36,160 bases of DNA from Actinomycetota bacterium (GTDB lineage Bacteria; Actinomycetota; CADDZG01; JAHWKV01; JAOPZY01). Of this stretch, positions 1-11,564 are shown piece by piece. Below the pieces are notes generated by a model. That model was not told the origin of the DNA. It was given only the letters and a program-made list of their open reading frames with translations, and did not search any database. Each line of letters starts with the position of its first letter. Position 1 is the stretch's first letter. Both the position numbers and the translations under genes were made by a program. Where the stretch lies: the NCBI GenBank assembly GCA_025963875.1, contig JAOPZY010000062.1:1-36160 (forward strand). Reading direction: 5' to 3'.

Positions 1-2
1 TC

Positions 3-1562
3 GCGATAAATGCGATTCAAATCGCGCATCAGCGCCTGCAGTTCGCGATGGTCCGGGTAGTCGAGCAGGTTCCAGTCGAGGCTCGAATCGTGATCCCATT
101 CGCGCCACTGGCCGATTTCCTCGCCCATGAAAATAAGTTTCTTGCCCGAGCGCGCCCACATGTAGGCGAACAGCGCGCGCTGATTTGCGAACTGGCGCCA
201 GCGGTCGCCCGGCATCTTGGCGAGCAGCGCGCGTTTGCCGTGCACGACCTCGTCATGCGACAGCGGCAGCACGAAGTTCTCGCTCCAGGCGTAGAGGAAG
301 CCGAAGGTGAGATCGCGATGATGATAGCGGCGATAGATCGGGTCGAGCGTGAAGTACTCGAGCGTATCGTGCATCCAGCCCATGTCCCACTTGAACCCGA
401 AGCCGAGGCCCCCGACGTAGGTGGGCCGGGACACCATCGGCCACGCCGTCGACTCCTCGGCCATCGTCTGGACGTCGGGGTACTCCTGGTACACGTCGGT
501 GTTGAGCTGGCGGAGGAAGTACAGCGCCTCGAGGTTCTCCCGGCCCCCGTACTCGTTCGGGATCCAGTCGCCGCCCTCACGCGAGTAGTCGAGGTACAGC
601 ATCGAGGCCACCGCATCCACCCGCAGGCCGTCGGCGTGGAACGTGCCGATCCAGTGCAGGGCGCTCGACATGAGGAAGCTGCGGACCTCGTTGCGGCCGT
701 AGTTGAAGATGTAGCTGTTCCAGTCGGGGTGGAATCCCTTGCGGGGGTCGGCGTGCTCGTAGAGGTGCGTGCCGTCGAAGTACCCCAGCCCGTGCTCGTC
801 GGTGGGGAAGTGCGACGGGACCCAGTCGAGGATCACGCCGACGCCGTGCTGGTGCAGGTAGTCGACGAGGTACATCAGGTCCTCGGGCGTCCCGTAGCGG
901 CTCGTCGGGGCGAAGTAGCCGGTGGTCTGGTAGCCCCACGATCCGTAGAACGGGTGCTCCATGAGCGGCAGGAACTCGACGTGCGTGAAGCCCATCCGTT
1001 GGGCGTACTCGGCGAGGCGCGGCGCCATCTCCCGGTAGGTGAGCCAGCGAGCCCCGTCTTCGGGGACCCGCATCCAGGAGCCGAGGTGCACCTCGTAGAT
1101 CGACATCGGGGCACCGAGGGCGTTGTGGCGCCAGCGCTCGGCCATCCAGGCATCGTCACCCCAGGTGTAGTCGATGTCCCACACCACAGAGGCCGTCTGC
1201 GGGGGCACCTCGGAATAGAGGGCGAAGGGGTCCGCCTTGTCGGCTCGGTACATGTTGTACCGGGAGGCGACGTGGTACTTGTAGCGCGTCCCCTTGCCGA
1301 TGCCGGGGATGAAGCCCTCCCAGATGCCGGACTTCTCGCGCACCCTGAGGGGGTGCGAATCCTTGCTCCAGCCGTTGAAGTCGCCCGTCACGTGCACGGC
1401 CTCGGCATTGGGCGCCCAGACGGAGAACACCGTCCCGGCAACGCCGTCGACGGTCGTCGGATGGGAACCCATCTTGTGCTGCAGCTGGGTGTGCGTCCCC
1501 TCGTTGAAGAGGTAGAGGTCGTCGTCGGTCAGCAGGCTGGGATCGGTCATCGGCTTCTCCAC
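3..1562 (-). CDS. glgB: 1,4-alpha-glucan branching enzyme (3' end runs off the window)
   Basis: Absent from the ORF track because there is no stop in the window. Manual translation from GTG 1562 (RBS GAGGAGG upstream; alternative ATG 1550) gives ...[11 protein letters not shown]..., [43 protein letters not shown] and [16 protein letters not shown], the GH13 GlgB catalytic motifs. Confidence 0.96.
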   Translation of the reverse strand, partial: MEKPMTDPSLLTDDDLYLFNEGTHTQLQHKMGSHPTTVDGVAGTVFSVWAPNAEAVHVTGDFNGWSKDSHPLRVREKSGIWEGFIPGIGKGTRYKYHVASRYNMYRADKADPFALYSEVPPQTASVVWDIDYTWGDDAWMAERWRHNALGAPMSIYEVHLGSWMRVPEDGARWLTYREMAPRLAEYAQRMGFTHVEFLPLMEHPFYGSWGYQTTGYFAPTSRYGTPEDLMYLVDYLHQHGVGVILDWVPSHFPTDEHGLGYFDGTHLYEHADPRKGFHPDWNSYIFNYGRNEVRSFLMSSALHWIGTFHADGLRVDAVASMLYLDYSREGGDWIPNEYGGRENLEALYFLRQLNTDVYQEYPDVQTMAEESTAWPMVSRPTYVGGLGFGFKWDMGWMHDTLEYFTLDPIYRRYHHRDLTFGFLYAWSENFVLPLSHDEVVHGKRALLAKMPGDRWRQFANQRALFAYMWARSGKKLIFMGEEIGQWREWDHDSSLDWNLLDYPDHRELQALMRDLNRIYR

Positions 1563-3691
1563 GTCGTGCCCTCCTCTACGGTCTCGGCGCGCGTGCGCAA
1601 GTCGTGTACCAATTTCAGCCTACCCACTACCTCGGGCATCGAACGGATCGCCTCCAGCGGGGAGGGGAAGCGCCGGCGCCAGTTCGGGTGCTCGTTGACG
1701 GTGCCGGGGATGTTCTGGCTGTGGGTCTCCCCCCAGAGGTCCTCCAGGAAGACCAGCACCCCCCGGGCGTCGCTGCGGGCCAGGAAGTCGAGCCAGGCGC
1801 CGACCACCTCGGCCTCCGGGTCGACGCCTGGCAACGGCGACGTCAGCAGCCCCTGGCGTACCAGGGCCCTCACCAGGAGCTTGCGGTCCCGTTCGCGCTC
1901 TGCGGTGTCCCGGGCCGCATGCTCCTCGGTGATCAGCCCCAACTCCAGGCGCTCGGTGATGTCGAGCCCGCGCCACCAGGCGGCGAACGGCGGCATGTCG
2001 TGGGTCCCGATGCTGGCGACCGTGGTCGGCGGCGGCGGCTCCAGGCCGTCCTCCCGTATCCCCCACCGGGCCACATGGCAGCCGTACACCCGGTGGGCTC
2101 GCATTGCCCGGCGGCACTCCGCGGGCACGGTGCCGAGATCCTCCCCGACGACCATCGTGTCGGACCGCTGGGATTCGAGACACAGGACGGCGTAGTTCTC
2201 CTCCGCCCGGTACCGGATGTAGACGCCCTCGCTGGCGTCGTGCCCCGGCGGGATCACGAACAGCCGGTGCAGCCCCATCACGTGGTCGATGCGCAGCACC
2301 CCGCAGCGGGCCATCAGCCGGCGGACCGAGTCGATGACATAGCCGTACCCGCCAGCCCGGATGCCCTCCGGGTGCAGCGGCGGGTTGCCCCAGTCCTGGC
2401 CCTTGGCGTTCATCGGGTCGGGGGGCGCCCCGGCGGTGCACCTGGGGAGGAACGCGCCGCGCTCACGCCAGACGTCGTAGCCGGCGGGATGGACCCCGAG
2501 CGGCAGGTCGAGCATCAACCCGGCCCCCGACCTGCGGGCTGCGGCCAGCTGGCCCGAGGCGACGAACTGCACGTAGCGGTGGTAGTTCCGCGCATCCTCC
2601 GGGACACCCGACGGCGCCAGCCGCCCGGCCCGCGCCTCGTCGGGCCACTCCTGCCACGGCCCGCGGAACGCCTCGCCGAAGGCCCGGAAGGCGGCGTAGT
2701 CGTCGAGGGCCGGGTCGGCGGCTGCGAAGCGCTCCAGTTCCTCACGCCGGGTGCCTCCGCCGGAGATCAGGCTTCCCGCCGCGGCGGCCAGGACGCTCCG
2801 CTTGGCCGCCGCTACCGCGTGGTAGTCCACCAGGGGCTCCTGTCCCGCCTCCAACAGGCCGGGAGCTGCCTCGGCCAGCGCCTCACGGGCCGCGGCAGAC
2901 GTCTCCAGCTCGGGCAGGGAAGCGACGTCGATGAAGACGTCGTTCCAGAACCGGCGCGTGACGGGGGAGTAGGGGCTGGGCTCGAACGGGTGGTCCAGGA
3001 ACGTGGCGAACAGCGGCAGCGTCGCCACGAAGTGACCGCCCTCCTCCCCGATCCAATCCTGGAGGTCCCCGAGATCCCGGAAGTCGCCGATGCCCAGGGA
3101 ATGCGCCGAGTGGACGGCGTAGAGGGGTGCGAACGCTCCCCACAGCCGGGGGGCCTCGGGACCCTCCGCCGCTTTGCGGGGCGCAGCGATGACCACGGCT
3201 TCGCCCCGCCGCCGCCCCGCTGACACCGAGAGGCGGTGGTAGCCGGGCGGCATCCGCTGCCCGAGCCGCAAGTCCAGCGAGACGTACTGGTTGCCGTCGA
3301 CCTCGGCCCGCTGCCGTACCGCGGGTCCCATGGCGCCGTCCAGGTCCACCCGGAAGGTGTCGACGGCGCCGTCCTCCAACTCCAGGCGCCCCCCGAGGCT
3401 CCCCGCCGCCGCCCCGGCCGGCAGCCGCACCCGCAGCGTCGTGAGGCGGCCGTCCCACGCCACCACGACCGGCTCGACGGTTCGCCGCCACAGGTCCCGC
3501 TGCCGAGCCCGGAGGGCCAACCCGATCTCCCGCGGCGATGAGGCCTCGGGGGAGATCGGGGCGCCGAGCGCTTCGAGGACCGACAGCAGGGATTCGCGCG
3601 AGGCTCGGATGCGGCGGTTCTCGACATCCACGTAGCTGGTGAGCACGTTCCAGAGCTGGGCCAGGCGGGCCAGCTCAGGCTCCGGTTTCAG
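1547..3691 (-). CDS. malQ: 4-alpha-glucanotransferase (amylomaltase, GH77)
   Basis: C-terminal part of ORF 1547..6577: [74 protein letters not shown]. Start uncertain: CTG 3691 behind GAGGA, or GTG 3646. Confidence 0.93.
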   Translation of the reverse strand: MKPEPELARLAQLWNVLTSYVDVENRRIRASRESLLSVLEALGAPISPEASSPREIGLALRARQRDLWRRTVEPVVVAWDGRLTTLRVRLPAGAAAGSLGGRLELEDGAVDTFRVDLDGAMGPAVRQRAEVDGNQYVSLDLRLGQRMPPGYHRLSVSAGRRRGEAVVIAAPRKAAEGPEAPRLWGAFAPLYAVHSAHSLGIGDFRDLGDLQDWIGEEGGHFVATLPLFATFLDHPFEPSPYSPVTRRFWNDVFIDVASLPELETSAAAREALAEAAPGLLEAGQEPLVDYHAVAAAKRSVLAAAAGSLISGGGTRREELERFAAADPALDDYAAFRAFGEAFRGPWQEWPDEARAGRLAPSGVPEDARNYHRYVQFVASGQLAAARRSGAGLMLDLPLGVHPAGYDVWRERGAFLPRCTAGAPPDPMNAKGQDWGNPPLHPEGIRAGGYGYVIDSVRRLMARCGVLRIDHVMGLHRLFVIPPGHDASEGVYIRYRAEENYAVLCLESQRSDTMVVGEDLGTVPAECRRAMRAHRVYGCHVARWGIREDGLEPPPPTTVASIGTHDMPPFAAWWRGLDITERLELGLITEEHAARDTAERERDRKLLVRALVRQGLLTSPLPGVDPEAEVVGAWLDFLARSDARGVLVFLEDLWGETHSQNIPGTVNEHPNWRRRFPSPLEAIRSMPEVVGRLKLVHDLRTRAETVEEGTTWRSR

Positions 3692-3693
3692 GC

Positions 3694-6600
3694 CTATTCC
3701 TCGAGCAGCTGGAGGATGCCCTGGATGGGGATCTTCATCCACTGCGGACGGTTGTTTGCCTCGTAGCCGAGCTCGTACATCGCTTTGCCGAGCAGGAAGG
3801 TGTCGAGCAGGACCTTGGTGTGGGCCTCGGAGCGGGGGATGAAGCTGGCCCCCTGGGCGACGTCGAGATAGGTGCCGAGGAACGCCCCCGCCGACCACAG
3901 GTACCAGAACCGCACCCAGTGCTGCAGCACGGAGGGGTCCCGGTCGGCGGCGATGCCCCCCACCCGTCCGTAGAGCGCGCTGTATGCCGCGTAGTTCAGG
4001 GACCGCAGCATCCCGGCCACGTCCTGGAGGGGCGACCGCTTGATGCGGCGCTCGGACAACGGGCGGGCCGGCTCCCCCTCGAAGTCGATGATGACGAAGT
4101 CCTTGCCGGTGTACAGCACCTGGCCGAGGTGGTAGTCGCCGTGGATGCGGATCCTCGAGGCGTTGATCTTCGGCTCCAGCACCCGCTGCAGCCGCCGCAC
4201 GACGTCGCTCTCGAGATCGAGGATCTGGACCGCCTCGGGGATCTGGTCGCCCAGGTCCCGCAGCAGCCGGAAGTTCTGCACGGTGATGCTGCGCATGGTC
4301 TGGTAGAGCGACCGCTGGTAGAACGGCGTCATGGGCTCGGGGGCGAAGGCGGGGTCCTCGCCGCCGGACGCCAGCGCCAGGTGCAGCTCGGCGGTGCGGC
4401 GCCCGAGCAGCCGGGCCCGGTCGAGGTAGTCGGCCATCGTCTCGCGGGCAAGCACCGGCGGCTCCACCCTGGCGGCCTGGAACAGACCGAGACCCTCCGG
4501 GATCGGCGGGTCGGGGATCTCGGGGTGGCGGACGATGGCCTCCTCGAAGAACCTGCCCAGCGAGTCCAGCGTGTAGTGCCAGGCGTCCCCGCTGTTGGGC
4601 ACGAGCTCCTGGGCGATGCCGAGCGTCATCGGCTCCCCCTTGCCCCGCCGGTACTCCAGCGCTCCCGCCACCTTCGGCACGTGCGGGAAGCCGACCCGCT
4701 CGGTGAGGAAGCGCCCGATCTCGAGGTCGGGGTTGACCCCTGCCTCGGGGCGCCGGAAGAGCTTGAAGAACAGCCGGTCGCCGAAGATCACCGACGTGTT
4801 CGACTGCTCCGCCTGCATCGGCTGGGGCTCGAGGGCCAGGGGTGCGCCGCCGGTCACCGCCTTGAAGGCCTTCGTCGGCGTGGCGAGCAGCCGCCCGGAT
4901 TGGCCCGGGATCTGGCGTCGCTTGGCGATCGCCTCCAGCAGCGCGCTGTCGAACTGCTCGTTCCAGAGTGCGTCGAACAGCATCCACTCGCCGTTCTTCG
5001 TCTTGAGGCGCGCCACCGCCGTGTCGGCGACCGCGTGGTTCAGGTCGCCGCTTCGCTGCGCCGGGGTGGCGCCGAGGGCAAGGACATAGGTCTGCGCGTC
5101 GCCCTCCACGTACTCGACCCTGACCGGGCAGATGAAGCCCAGGGGCGGCTCCGACTTGGCAGCTGCGGTCTGCGCCCGCCCGGACGCCCCCGGCCTGGAG
5201 ACCGCGATCACGTCCTCGAGCACGGTGGAGGCGATCTTCTGCGCCTTCGCCCCGAACCACCGCCGGCCCATGAGGTATTGCGGCAGGACCTCTTCGAGCG
5301 CGCCACGGCTGCGGCGGTTGAAGATCTCCTCCCACTCCCCCGCCACCTCGATGACCGGCAGCGGGGCCTCGGGGTCCTGGCGGGGCTGGCGGTCGCGCGA
5401 CGACTGCGCCTCCAGGGCAAACCAGTAGAACGAGTGGGGACCCAGGGTGAACAGGTACGGCTGGTCCCCGATGCGGGGCAGCTCCGTCTGGCCGAACAGC
5501 TCGACGGGCACGGCGCCCCGGTGTCCCCTGAGGTCGAGCTCCGCGTACTGCATGAACCGGGAGAGATTGGCGACGACGAGGATCACCTCGTCCCCGTACG
5601 TCCGGGTGAAGGCAAGCACCTTGCGGTTCTCCGGATACAGGAACTCCAGCGAGCCCCGTCCGAACGCCTGGTACCGCCGCCGCAGGACCACGAGGCGTTT
5701 CGTCCACCACAGCAGCGAGTTCGAGTTGTTGGACTGGCCCTCGACGTTGACCGCCTGGGCGTGGTACTCGGGGTCGATGACCACCGGCAGGAAGATGCTC
5801 TGGGGGTTGGCCCGCGAGAAGCCTGCGTTGCGGTCGCCGTTCCACTGCATCGGCGTGCGGACCCCGTTGCGGTCGCCGAGGTAGATGTTGTCGCCCATCC
5901 CGATCTCGTCCCCGTAATAGACGACGGGGGTGCCGGGCATCGAGAAGAGCAGCCCGTTCATCAGCTCGATCGTCTTGCGGTCGGCGCCGAGCAGCGGTGC
6001 GAGGCGGCGGCGGATCCCGAGGTTGATGCGGGCCTGCGGGTCGCCCGCGTACACGCGGTACATGTAGTCCCGCTCCTCGTCCGTGACCATCTCGAGGGTG
6101 AGCTCGTCGTGGTTGCGGAGGAACACCGCCCACTGGGCCGTGTCGGGGATCGGCGGCGTCTGGCCGAGGATGTCGAGGACGGGGAAGCGGTCCTCCATGC
6201 GGATCGACATGAACAGGCGCGGCATGAGGGGGAAGTGGAACGCCATGTGGCACTCGTCGCCCTTGCCGAAGTAGGCGCTGGCGTCCTCGGGCCACTGGTT
6301 CGCCTCGGCCAGCAGCATGCGGTTCTGGTAGCGCTCGTCGATGTGTGCCCGCAGCTCCTTCAGGATCTGGTGCGTCTCGGGGAGGTTCTCCCCGCTGGTC
6401 CCCTCCCGCTCGATGAGGTAGGGCACGGCGTCGAGGCGCAGCCCGTCGACCCCCAGGTCGAGCCAGAAGTCCACGACGCTGAACATCGCCCGCTTCACCT
6501 CGGGGTTGTCCCAGTTCAGGTCGGGCTGATGGGAGTAGAAGCGGTGCCAGTAGTAGGCCTTCGCCACCGGGTCCCACGCCCAGTTCGACGTCTCGAAGTC

Positions 6601-7086
6601 CTTGAAGATGATGCGGGCGTCCCGGTAGCGGTCCGGCGTGTCGCTCCAGACGTAGAAGTCACGGTGGACGCTTCCGGGCCGTGCCCGCCGTGCCCGCTGG
6701 AACCACGGGTGCTGGTCGGAGCTGTGGTTGAGCACCAGTTCGGTGATCACCTTCAGCCCGCGCCACCGGGCCTCCCGCAGGAACGTCTTGAAGTCCCGCA
6801 GGGTCCCGTAGGAGGGGTGGATGTCGGTGTAGTCGGCGATGTCGTAGCCGTCGTCGCGCAGGGGGGAGGGGTAGAACGGCAGCAGCCAGACCGCCGTGAC
6901 CCCGAGGTCCTGCAGGTAGTCGAGCTTGCTCGTGAGTCCCTTGAAGTCACCGATGCCGTCGGAGTCGGAGTCGGAGAATGCCCGCACCGGCACCTCGTAG
7001 ATGACGGCGTCCTTGTACCAGAGCGTGTCCCCCGAGTGAGGCTGTCCGACCAGGGTTGACTGTGCCGCGGCGGTCCTACGGGCCAT
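3694..7086 (-). CDS. treS: Trehalose synthase fused to maltokinase (TreS-Mak/Pep2)
   Basis: N-terminus [49 protein letters not shown]-terminus AEQSNTSV and [13 protein letters not shown]...IIDFEGEP (maltokinase). Confidence 0.96.
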   Translation of the reverse strand: MARRTAAAQSTLVGQPHSGDTLWYKDAVIYEVPVRAFSDSDSDGIGDFKGLTSKLDYLQDLGVTAVWLLPFYPSPLRDDGYDIADYTDIHPSYGTLRDFKTFLREARWRGLKVITELVLNHSSDQHPWFQRARRARPGSVHRDFYVWSDTPDRYRDARIIFKDFETSNWAWDPVAKAYYWHRFYSHQPDLNWDNPEVKRAMFSVVDFWLDLGVDGLRLDAVPYLIEREGTSGENLPETHQILKELRAHIDERYQNRMLLAEANQWPEDASAYFGKGDECHMAFHFPLMPRLFMSIRMEDRFPVLDILGQTPPIPDTAQWAVFLRNHDELTLEMVTDEERDYMYRVYAGDPQARINLGIRRRLAPLLGADRKTIELMNGLLFSMPGTPVVYYGDEIGMGDNIYLGDRNGVRTPMQWNGDRNAGFSRANPQSIFLPVVIDPEYHAQAVNVEGQSNNSNSLLWWTKRLVVLRRRYQAFGRGSLEFLYPENRKVLAFTRTYGDEVILVVANLSRFMQYAELDLRGHRGAVPVELFGQTELPRIGDQPYLFTLGPHSFYWFALEAQSSRDRQPRQDPEAPLPVIEVAGEWEEIFNRRSRGALEEVLPQYLMGRRWFGAKAQKIASTVLEDVIAVSRPGASGRAQTAAAKSEPPLGFICPVRVEYVEGDAQTYVLALGATPAQRSGDLNHAVADTAVARLKTKNGEWMLFDALWNEQFDSALLEAIAKRRQIPGQSGRLLATPTKAFKAVTGGAPLALEPQPMQAEQSNTSVIFGDRLFFKLFRRPEAGVNPDLEIGRFLTERVGFPHVPKVAGALEYRRGKGEPMTLGIAQELVPNSGDAWHYTLDSLGRFFEEAIVRHPEIPDPPIPEGLGLFQAARVEPPVLARETMADYLDRARLLGRRTAELHLALASGGEDPAFAPEPMTPFYQRSLYQTMRSITVQNFRLLRDLGDQIPEAVQILDLESDVVRRLQRVLEPKINASRIRIHGDYHLGQVLYTGKDFVIIDFEGEPARPLSERRIKRSPLQDVAGMLRSLNYAAYSALYGRVGGIAADRDPSVLQHWVRFWYLWSAGAFLGTYLDVAQGASFIPRSEAHTKVLLDTFLLGKAMYELGYEANNRPQWMKIPIQGILQLLEE

Positions 7087-9043
7087 AACTCACGGGGGCG
7101 TCGTGGGGGCGCAGGGCCAGGATGTGGGCGGGCAAGGCGGCGGGGTCGAGGCGAACGTAGTTGCGGGGGCCGCTCCAGGTGAACCTCGTGCCGGTCAGCA
7201 GGTCCTCGACCTGGTACGGGTCGTAGGCCGGCAGGCCGAGCGCCGCCAGGGGGAGGTCGACCCAGCCGGACTGGGCGTAGTGCGGGTCGAGGTTCACGAC
7301 GACCAGGATGACATTGGACAGGTCATCTGTTGCCTTCGTCCAGGCGATGAGCTGGTCGTTGTCCACCGGTTGGAAGGCGGGGATGGCGTCGCCCTGGAGG
7401 GCCGGGTTGTCGTTGCGGGCGAGGTTCACCCGGGCGATCACCTCGCTCAGGCTGTCCATCCGGTGCAGGTCCCAGCTGCGGATCTCGTACTTCTCCGAGT
7501 TCAGGTACTCCTCCGAGCCGGGGGTGATGGGGGCGTCCTCGCCCATCTCGAACGGCGGGCCGTAGATGCCGTAGGAGGGGCTCAGGCAGGCCGCCAGGAT
7601 CAGCCGGGCGACGAAGGCCGCCCGGCCGCCGCCTCCCTGAAGCTGCTGGGCCAGGATGTCGGGCGTGTTCGGCCAGAAGTTGGGCCGGAAGAACTCCCTG
7701 ACCTCGGTGGTGGTGAGCTCGGTGACGTACTCGATGAGCTCGGCCTTCGTCGTCCGCCAGGTGAAGTACGTGTACGACTGGGTGAAGCCGAGCTTCGCCA
7801 GGCGGTACATCACCTTCGGGCGGGTGAATGCCTCGGCCAGGAACAGCACGTCGGGGTGCTCGGCCTTCACGCCACCGATCAGCCACTCCCAGAAGGCGAA
7901 CGTCTTGGTGTGGGGGTTGTCGACCCGGAAGATCTTCACCCCATGGCCGATCCAGTAGTCCACGACCTCTTTCAGCGCCTCCCAGAGGTTCTGCCAGTCC
8001 TCGCTCTCGAAGTCGAGCGGGTAGATGTCCTGGTACTTCTTCGGGGGGTTCTCGGCGTACTGCAGGGTGCCGTCGGGCCGGGCCCGGAACCACTGGGGGT
8101 GCTCGGTGACCCACGGATGGTCGGGGGAGGCCTGGATCGCGAAGTCGAGCGCGATCTCGAGGCCGAAGCGCCCGGCCGCCACGACCAACCGGTCGAAGTC
8201 GGCGATGGTGCCGAGTTCCGGGTGGATGGCGGTGTGGCCGCCCTCAGCGCCGCCGATGGCCCAGGGGCTGCCGGGATCTTCGGGGCCAGCCTCCGTCGAG
8301 TTGTTCTTGCCCTTGCGGTGGGCGACGCCGATGGGGTGGATCGGCGGCAGGTACAGCACGTCGAAGCCGAGCCCGGCGACGTACGGCAGGCGCCGCTCGA
8401 CGTCCTTGAGCGTGCCGTGGCGGCCCGGCTCGTCCGATGCCGAGCGCGGGAACATCTCGTACCAGGCGCTGAAGCGGGCCCGGGGCCGGTCCACGACCAT
8501 GCCGTACTCCTGAGACGAGCCGGCCAGGGTGGTGTCGGCGTAGGCCGAGACCAGGGCCACCATCTCGCTGCTCAGGCCCAGCAGGTCGCCGGGGCCACGA
8601 AGCTGCTCCGCCTGGGCGAGCAACCGCTCTGCGTCCTCGCCGGGGGCGCGCTTGGCGGCTGCCTCGATCAGGTCCGCCCCGATCAGGCGGTCCACCTTGA
8701 CGTCCACCCCGGCTTCGCGCTTTTTCTGCATCCCGCGCCACCAGGTGGCGAAATGATCCACCCAACCGCGAACCGAGTACTCGTAGTTGCCGATCTCCTC
8801 CGGGACGAAGGAAGCCCGCCAGCGGTCGTTGCCCAGGTCCTCCATCGGCATCTCGGTCCACTGCTTGGCGCCGTGCCGCCGCCAGCCCAGGATGCCGGTG
8901 ACCACGTCGTGGCCGTCGGCGAAGACGTCCGCCTCCACGGTGACCGTGTCGCCCGTTATGCGTTTGATGGCGAACCGTCCGCAGTCGATCTCGGGTTGCA
9001 CACCCTCCACGACAACGCGGCGCCTGCCGTCGCTCAAGTTCAT
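7076..9043 (-). CDS. glgE: Alpha-1,4-glucan:maltose-1-phosphate maltosyltransferase
   Basis: [82 protein letters not shown]. Confidence 0.97.
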   Translation of the reverse strand: MNLSDGRRRVVVEGVQPEIDCGRFAIKRITGDTVTVEADVFADGHDVVTGILGWRRHGAKQWTEMPMEDLGNDRWRASFVPEEIGNYEYSVRGWVDHFATWWRGMQKKREAGVDVKVDRLIGADLIEAAAKRAPGEDAERLLAQAEQLRGPGDLLGLSSEMVALVSAYADTTLAGSSQEYGMVVDRPRARFSAWYEMFPRSASDEPGRHGTLKDVERRLPYVAGLGFDVLYLPPIHPIGVAHRKGKNNSTEAGPEDPGSPWAIGGAEGGHTAIHPELGTIADFDRLVVAAGRFGLEIALDFAIQASPDHPWVTEHPQWFRARPDGTLQYAENPPKKYQDIYPLDFESEDWQNLWEALKEVVDYWIGHGVKIFRVDNPHTKTFAFWEWLIGGVKAEHPDVLFLAEAFTRPKVMYRLAKLGFTQSYTYFTWRTTKAELIEYVTELTTTEVREFFRPNFWPNTPDILAQQLQGGGGRAAFVARLILAACLSPSYGIYGPPFEMGEDAPITPGSEEYLNSEKYEIRSWDLHRMDSLSEVIARVNLARNDNPALQGDAIPAFQPVDNDQLIAWTKATDDLSNVILVVVNLDPHYAQSGWVDLPLAALGLPAYDPYQVEDLLTGTRFTWSGPRNYVRLDPAALPAHILALRPHDAPVSYGP

Positions 9044-9187
9044 GCGCCTCGCCTTTATGACTTGCTCAGGGACTTGCTCGGGCCGGTCCGGATAAGGTCC
9101 ACTCTAAAGGATGCCTGCCGACCTCTCGCCCTTCGTTGCTCAGGGGTTCATACCCAAGGCCGGGGCACCATCATGCATGGGGTATTC

Positions 9188-10408
9188 GTGAAGGTCGTCC
9201 TGATGAGCCGCGAGTATCCCCCCGAGGTGTACGGGGGCGCGGGGGTCCACGTGGCCTACCTGGCCGCGGAGCTGGCCCGCTCGGTGCCCGTCGAGGTGCG
9301 CTGTTTCGGCGCCCAGCGGCCGGAATCGCGGCCGGGGGAGCCGGTGGTCAAGGCCTTCGGGGACCCCACCGCAGGACCGGGCGCCCCCCACAATGCGGGC
9401 ACCCTCCAGATCCTCTCCATCAATCTCTCGATGGCCGCGGGCCTCGACGATGCCTCGGTGGTCCACAGCCACACCTGGTACGCGAACCTGGGTGGGCACG
9501 CCGCCAAGCTCCTGTACGGCCTTCCCCACGTCATGACCTGCCACAGCCTCGAGCCGAAGCGGCTCTGGAAGGCCGAGCAGCTCGGAGCGGGGGGCCACGC
9601 CCTGTCGAGCTTCTGCGAGCGCACCGGGATCGAGGCTGCCGACGCCGTCATCGCCGTATCGGGTCAGATGCGCCTCGATGTACTGGAGTGCTACCCGGCC
9701 GTGGACCCGGAGCGGGTCGTCGTCATCCACAACGGCGTGGACCCCGAGGAGTACAAGCCGGACCACAATATCGACGCCCTGGAGCGCCACGGGATCGACC
9801 CCGCCACCCCCTCCGTCGTCTTCGTCGGCAGGATCACCCGCCAGAAGGGCATCACGCACCTGCTCGACGCGGCCGAGGACATCGATCCCGGTGCCCAGCT
9901 CGTCCTGTGCGCGAGCGCCCCCGACACCCCAGGCCTGGCCGCCCTGATCGCCGAGAAGGTCGCCCGCCTGCAGGACTGGCGGCCCGGCGTCATCTGGATC
10001 CCGGAGCCCCTGCCGCGGCGGGAGGTGATCCAGATCATGAGCCACGCCACCGTGTTCTGCTGCCCGTCCATCTACGAGCCCCTCGGGATCGTCAACCTGG
10101 AGGCGATGGCCTGCGAGGCTGCGGTGGTGGCGACGGCGACCGGCGGCATCCCGGAGGTCGTCGACGACGGCGTCACCGGGCTGCTGGTGCCCTACGACCC
10201 CGTGGCACCGGGTCCGTCCGGCGAGGTGGGCCCTTCCGACCCGGCGCAGTTCGCCCGCGACATCGCCGAGCGGGTCAACGTCCTCGTCGCCGACCCCGCC
10301 CGCGCGGATGCGATGGGCCGGGCAGGGCGGCGCCGGGTGATCGAGCAGTTCAGCTGGGAGGCCGCGGCCCGCCGGACCATCGAGGTCTACGAGGCGGTCA
10401 CGCCGTAA
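9188..10408 (+). CDS. glgA: GT4 glucosyltransferase of the actinobacterial GlgA/GlgM type (alpha-maltose-1-phosphate synthase)
   Basis: 3' part of ORF 7103..10408 from GTG 9188 (alternative ATG 9173): REYPPEVYGGAGVHV, HSHTWYANLGG, HSLEPKRLWKAEQLG, FVGRITRQKG, CPSIYEPLGIVNLEAMAC. Confidence 0.93.
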   Translation: MKVVLMSREYPPEVYGGAGVHVAYLAAELARSVPVEVRCFGAQRPESRPGEPVVKAFGDPTAGPGAPHNAGTLQILSINLSMAAGLDDASVVHSHTWYANLGGHAAKLLYGLPHVMTCHSLEPKRLWKAEQLGAGGHALSSFCERTGIEAADAVIAVSGQMRLDVLECYPAVDPERVVVIHNGVDPEEYKPDHNIDALERHGIDPATPSVVFVGRITRQKGITHLLDAAEDIDPGAQLVLCASAPDTPGLAALIAEKVARLQDWRPGVIWIPEPLPRREVIQIMSHATVFCCPSIYEPLGIVNLEAMACEAAVVATATGGIPEVVDDGVTGLLVPYDPVAPGPSGEVGPSDPAQFARDIAERVNVLVADPARADAMGRAGRRRVIEQFSWEAAARRTIEVYEAVTP

Positions 10409-10422
10409 ACCCGGTGGAGGTG

Positions 10423-10440
10423 AGCAGGCTGACGCCTGCT
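10423..10440 (+). terminator. Hairpin after glgA/glgM, probable intrinsic terminator
   Basis: AGCAGGC-TGAC-GCCTGCT followed by T-rich TATAATCTTCTTT, 14 nt after the TAA stop. Confidence 0.55.
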
Positions 10441-10443
10441 TAT

Positions 10444-10498
10444 AATCTTCTTTGTATGCAAAAACATGATAATGCTGCTTAATCATACAAAGAAGGTT
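10444..10498. repeat. AT-rich inverted repeat (palindrome family copy 1)
   Basis: AATCTTCTTTGTATG-N25-CATACAAAGAAGGTT, with perfect 12-bp core arms at 10447-10458 and 10484-10495. Confidence 0.85.
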
Positions 10499-10637
10499 CG
10501 TCATCGAAGTTAGATCACAGTTGGTGGGCAACCGGCCCAAGCGCCTGCAGCTCGTGAGCCCCGGCTGCGCCGCGGAGGCAGCTGTTCCGCTGTGGCAATT
10601 CGCTCCGAACAACCTATTCGGGTTGTAGGATGCTGAG

Positions 10638-11564
10638 GTGGCGGCAGTCGAGGTTGCCGGGCTTCGCAAGGTGTACCGCGGCGGCCTCCGTCGCCGGGAA
10701 CGTCGTGCCCTGGATGGCCTCGACCTCGTCGTCGCACCGGGCGAGGTCCACGGGTTCCTCGGCCCGAACGGCTCCGGCAAGACGACGACGCTGCGGATCC
10801 TCCTCGGCCTGGTCCGCCCCGACGCCGGCGAGGTCCGGCTCCTGGGCCGCCCCGTGCCGGCGGAGCTGGCTGGTGCCGTGCCCGAGATCGGCTCGGTGGT
10901 GGAGGCCCCGAGGTTTTTCCCGTCGTTCAGCGGCCGGCGCAACCTCGACCTGCTGGCCCGCGTGGCGGGGCTCGAGCCAGCCCGCGTCGACGAGGCACTC
11001 GAGATCGTGGGCCTGGCCGACCGGGCGCGGGACCGGGTCAAGGGCTACTCCCTCGGGATGCGCCAACGCCTCGGTATCGCCCAGGCCCTGATGAAGCGGC
11101 CCCGCCTGCTCCTGCTGGACGAGCCGACCAACGGGCTCGACCCGGCGGGCATCCGGGAGGTCCGCAGGCTGATGGCGCACCTCGCGAGCACCGGCGTGAC
11201 CGTGCTGCTGTCCTCCCACATGCTGTCGGAGGTCCAGCAGATCTGCACATCGGTGACCATCGTGGCCCAGGGCCGGGCCGTGCGGACCGGGACGGTGGAT
11301 GCGGTCCTCGCCGGTGACACCGCCGCCCGGGTCCGGCTGAGGGTCGCCGACCCGGCCGCCGCGACGGCGGTGCTCACCGAGGGAGGGCTCACCGTGGCGC
11401 ACCAGGATGACTGGCTGATGGTGTCGGGGGCCGTTCCCTCGGAGGTCAACCGGCTCCTGGGCGAGCGGGGGATCTGGGCCGACGAGCTTGGTCCCGACCA
11501 CGCCGACCTCGAGGACGTCTTCCTCTCGCTCACCCAGGCCTCGCAGGAGATCCCGCCGGCGTGA
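10638..11564 (+). CDS. ABC-2 type exporter ATP-binding protein
   Basis: Walker A GPNGSGKTT, signature YSLGMRQRL, Walker B LLLLDEPTNGLDP, H-loop SSH. TAGGAT -10 at 10626-10631, 6 nt before the GTG. Confidence 0.95.
   Translation: MAAVEVAGLRKVYRGGLRRRERRALDGLDLVVAPGEVHGFLGPNGSGKTTTLRILLGLVRPDAGEVRLLGRPVPAELAGAVPEIGSVVEAPRFFPSFSGRRNLDLLARVAGLEPARVDEALEIVGLADRARDRVKGYSLGMRQRLGIAQALMKRPRLLLLDEPTNGLDPAGIREVRRLMAHLASTGVTVLLSSHMLSEVQQICTSVTIVAQGRAVRTGTVDAVLAGDTAARVRLRVADPAAATAVLTEGGLTVAHQDDWLMVSGAVPSEVNRLLGERGIWADELGPDHADLEDVFLSLTQASQEIPPA

Noticed and set aside
1547..6577. 1676-aa ORF as one giant protein
   Set aside because: The upstream ~960 codons are an off-frame shadow of treS (Arg/Pro/Gly-rich); only the part from about 3691 is MalQ.
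48..7059. Long plus-strand ORFs 48..2195, 1604..3223 and 3820..7059
   Set aside because: Antisense shadows of glgB, malQ and treS, typical of high-GC DNA, with no recognisable motifs.
7103..9187. N-terminal ~690 aa of ORF 7103..10408
   Set aside because: Antisense to glgE; glycosyltransferase homology begins only at about 9188.
10500..10620. ZTP (pfl) or other riboswitch suggested by GGTGGGCAACC and CGCCTG
   Set aside because: The remaining conserved elements are not present and the downstream gene does not fit; it would need an Rfam scan.
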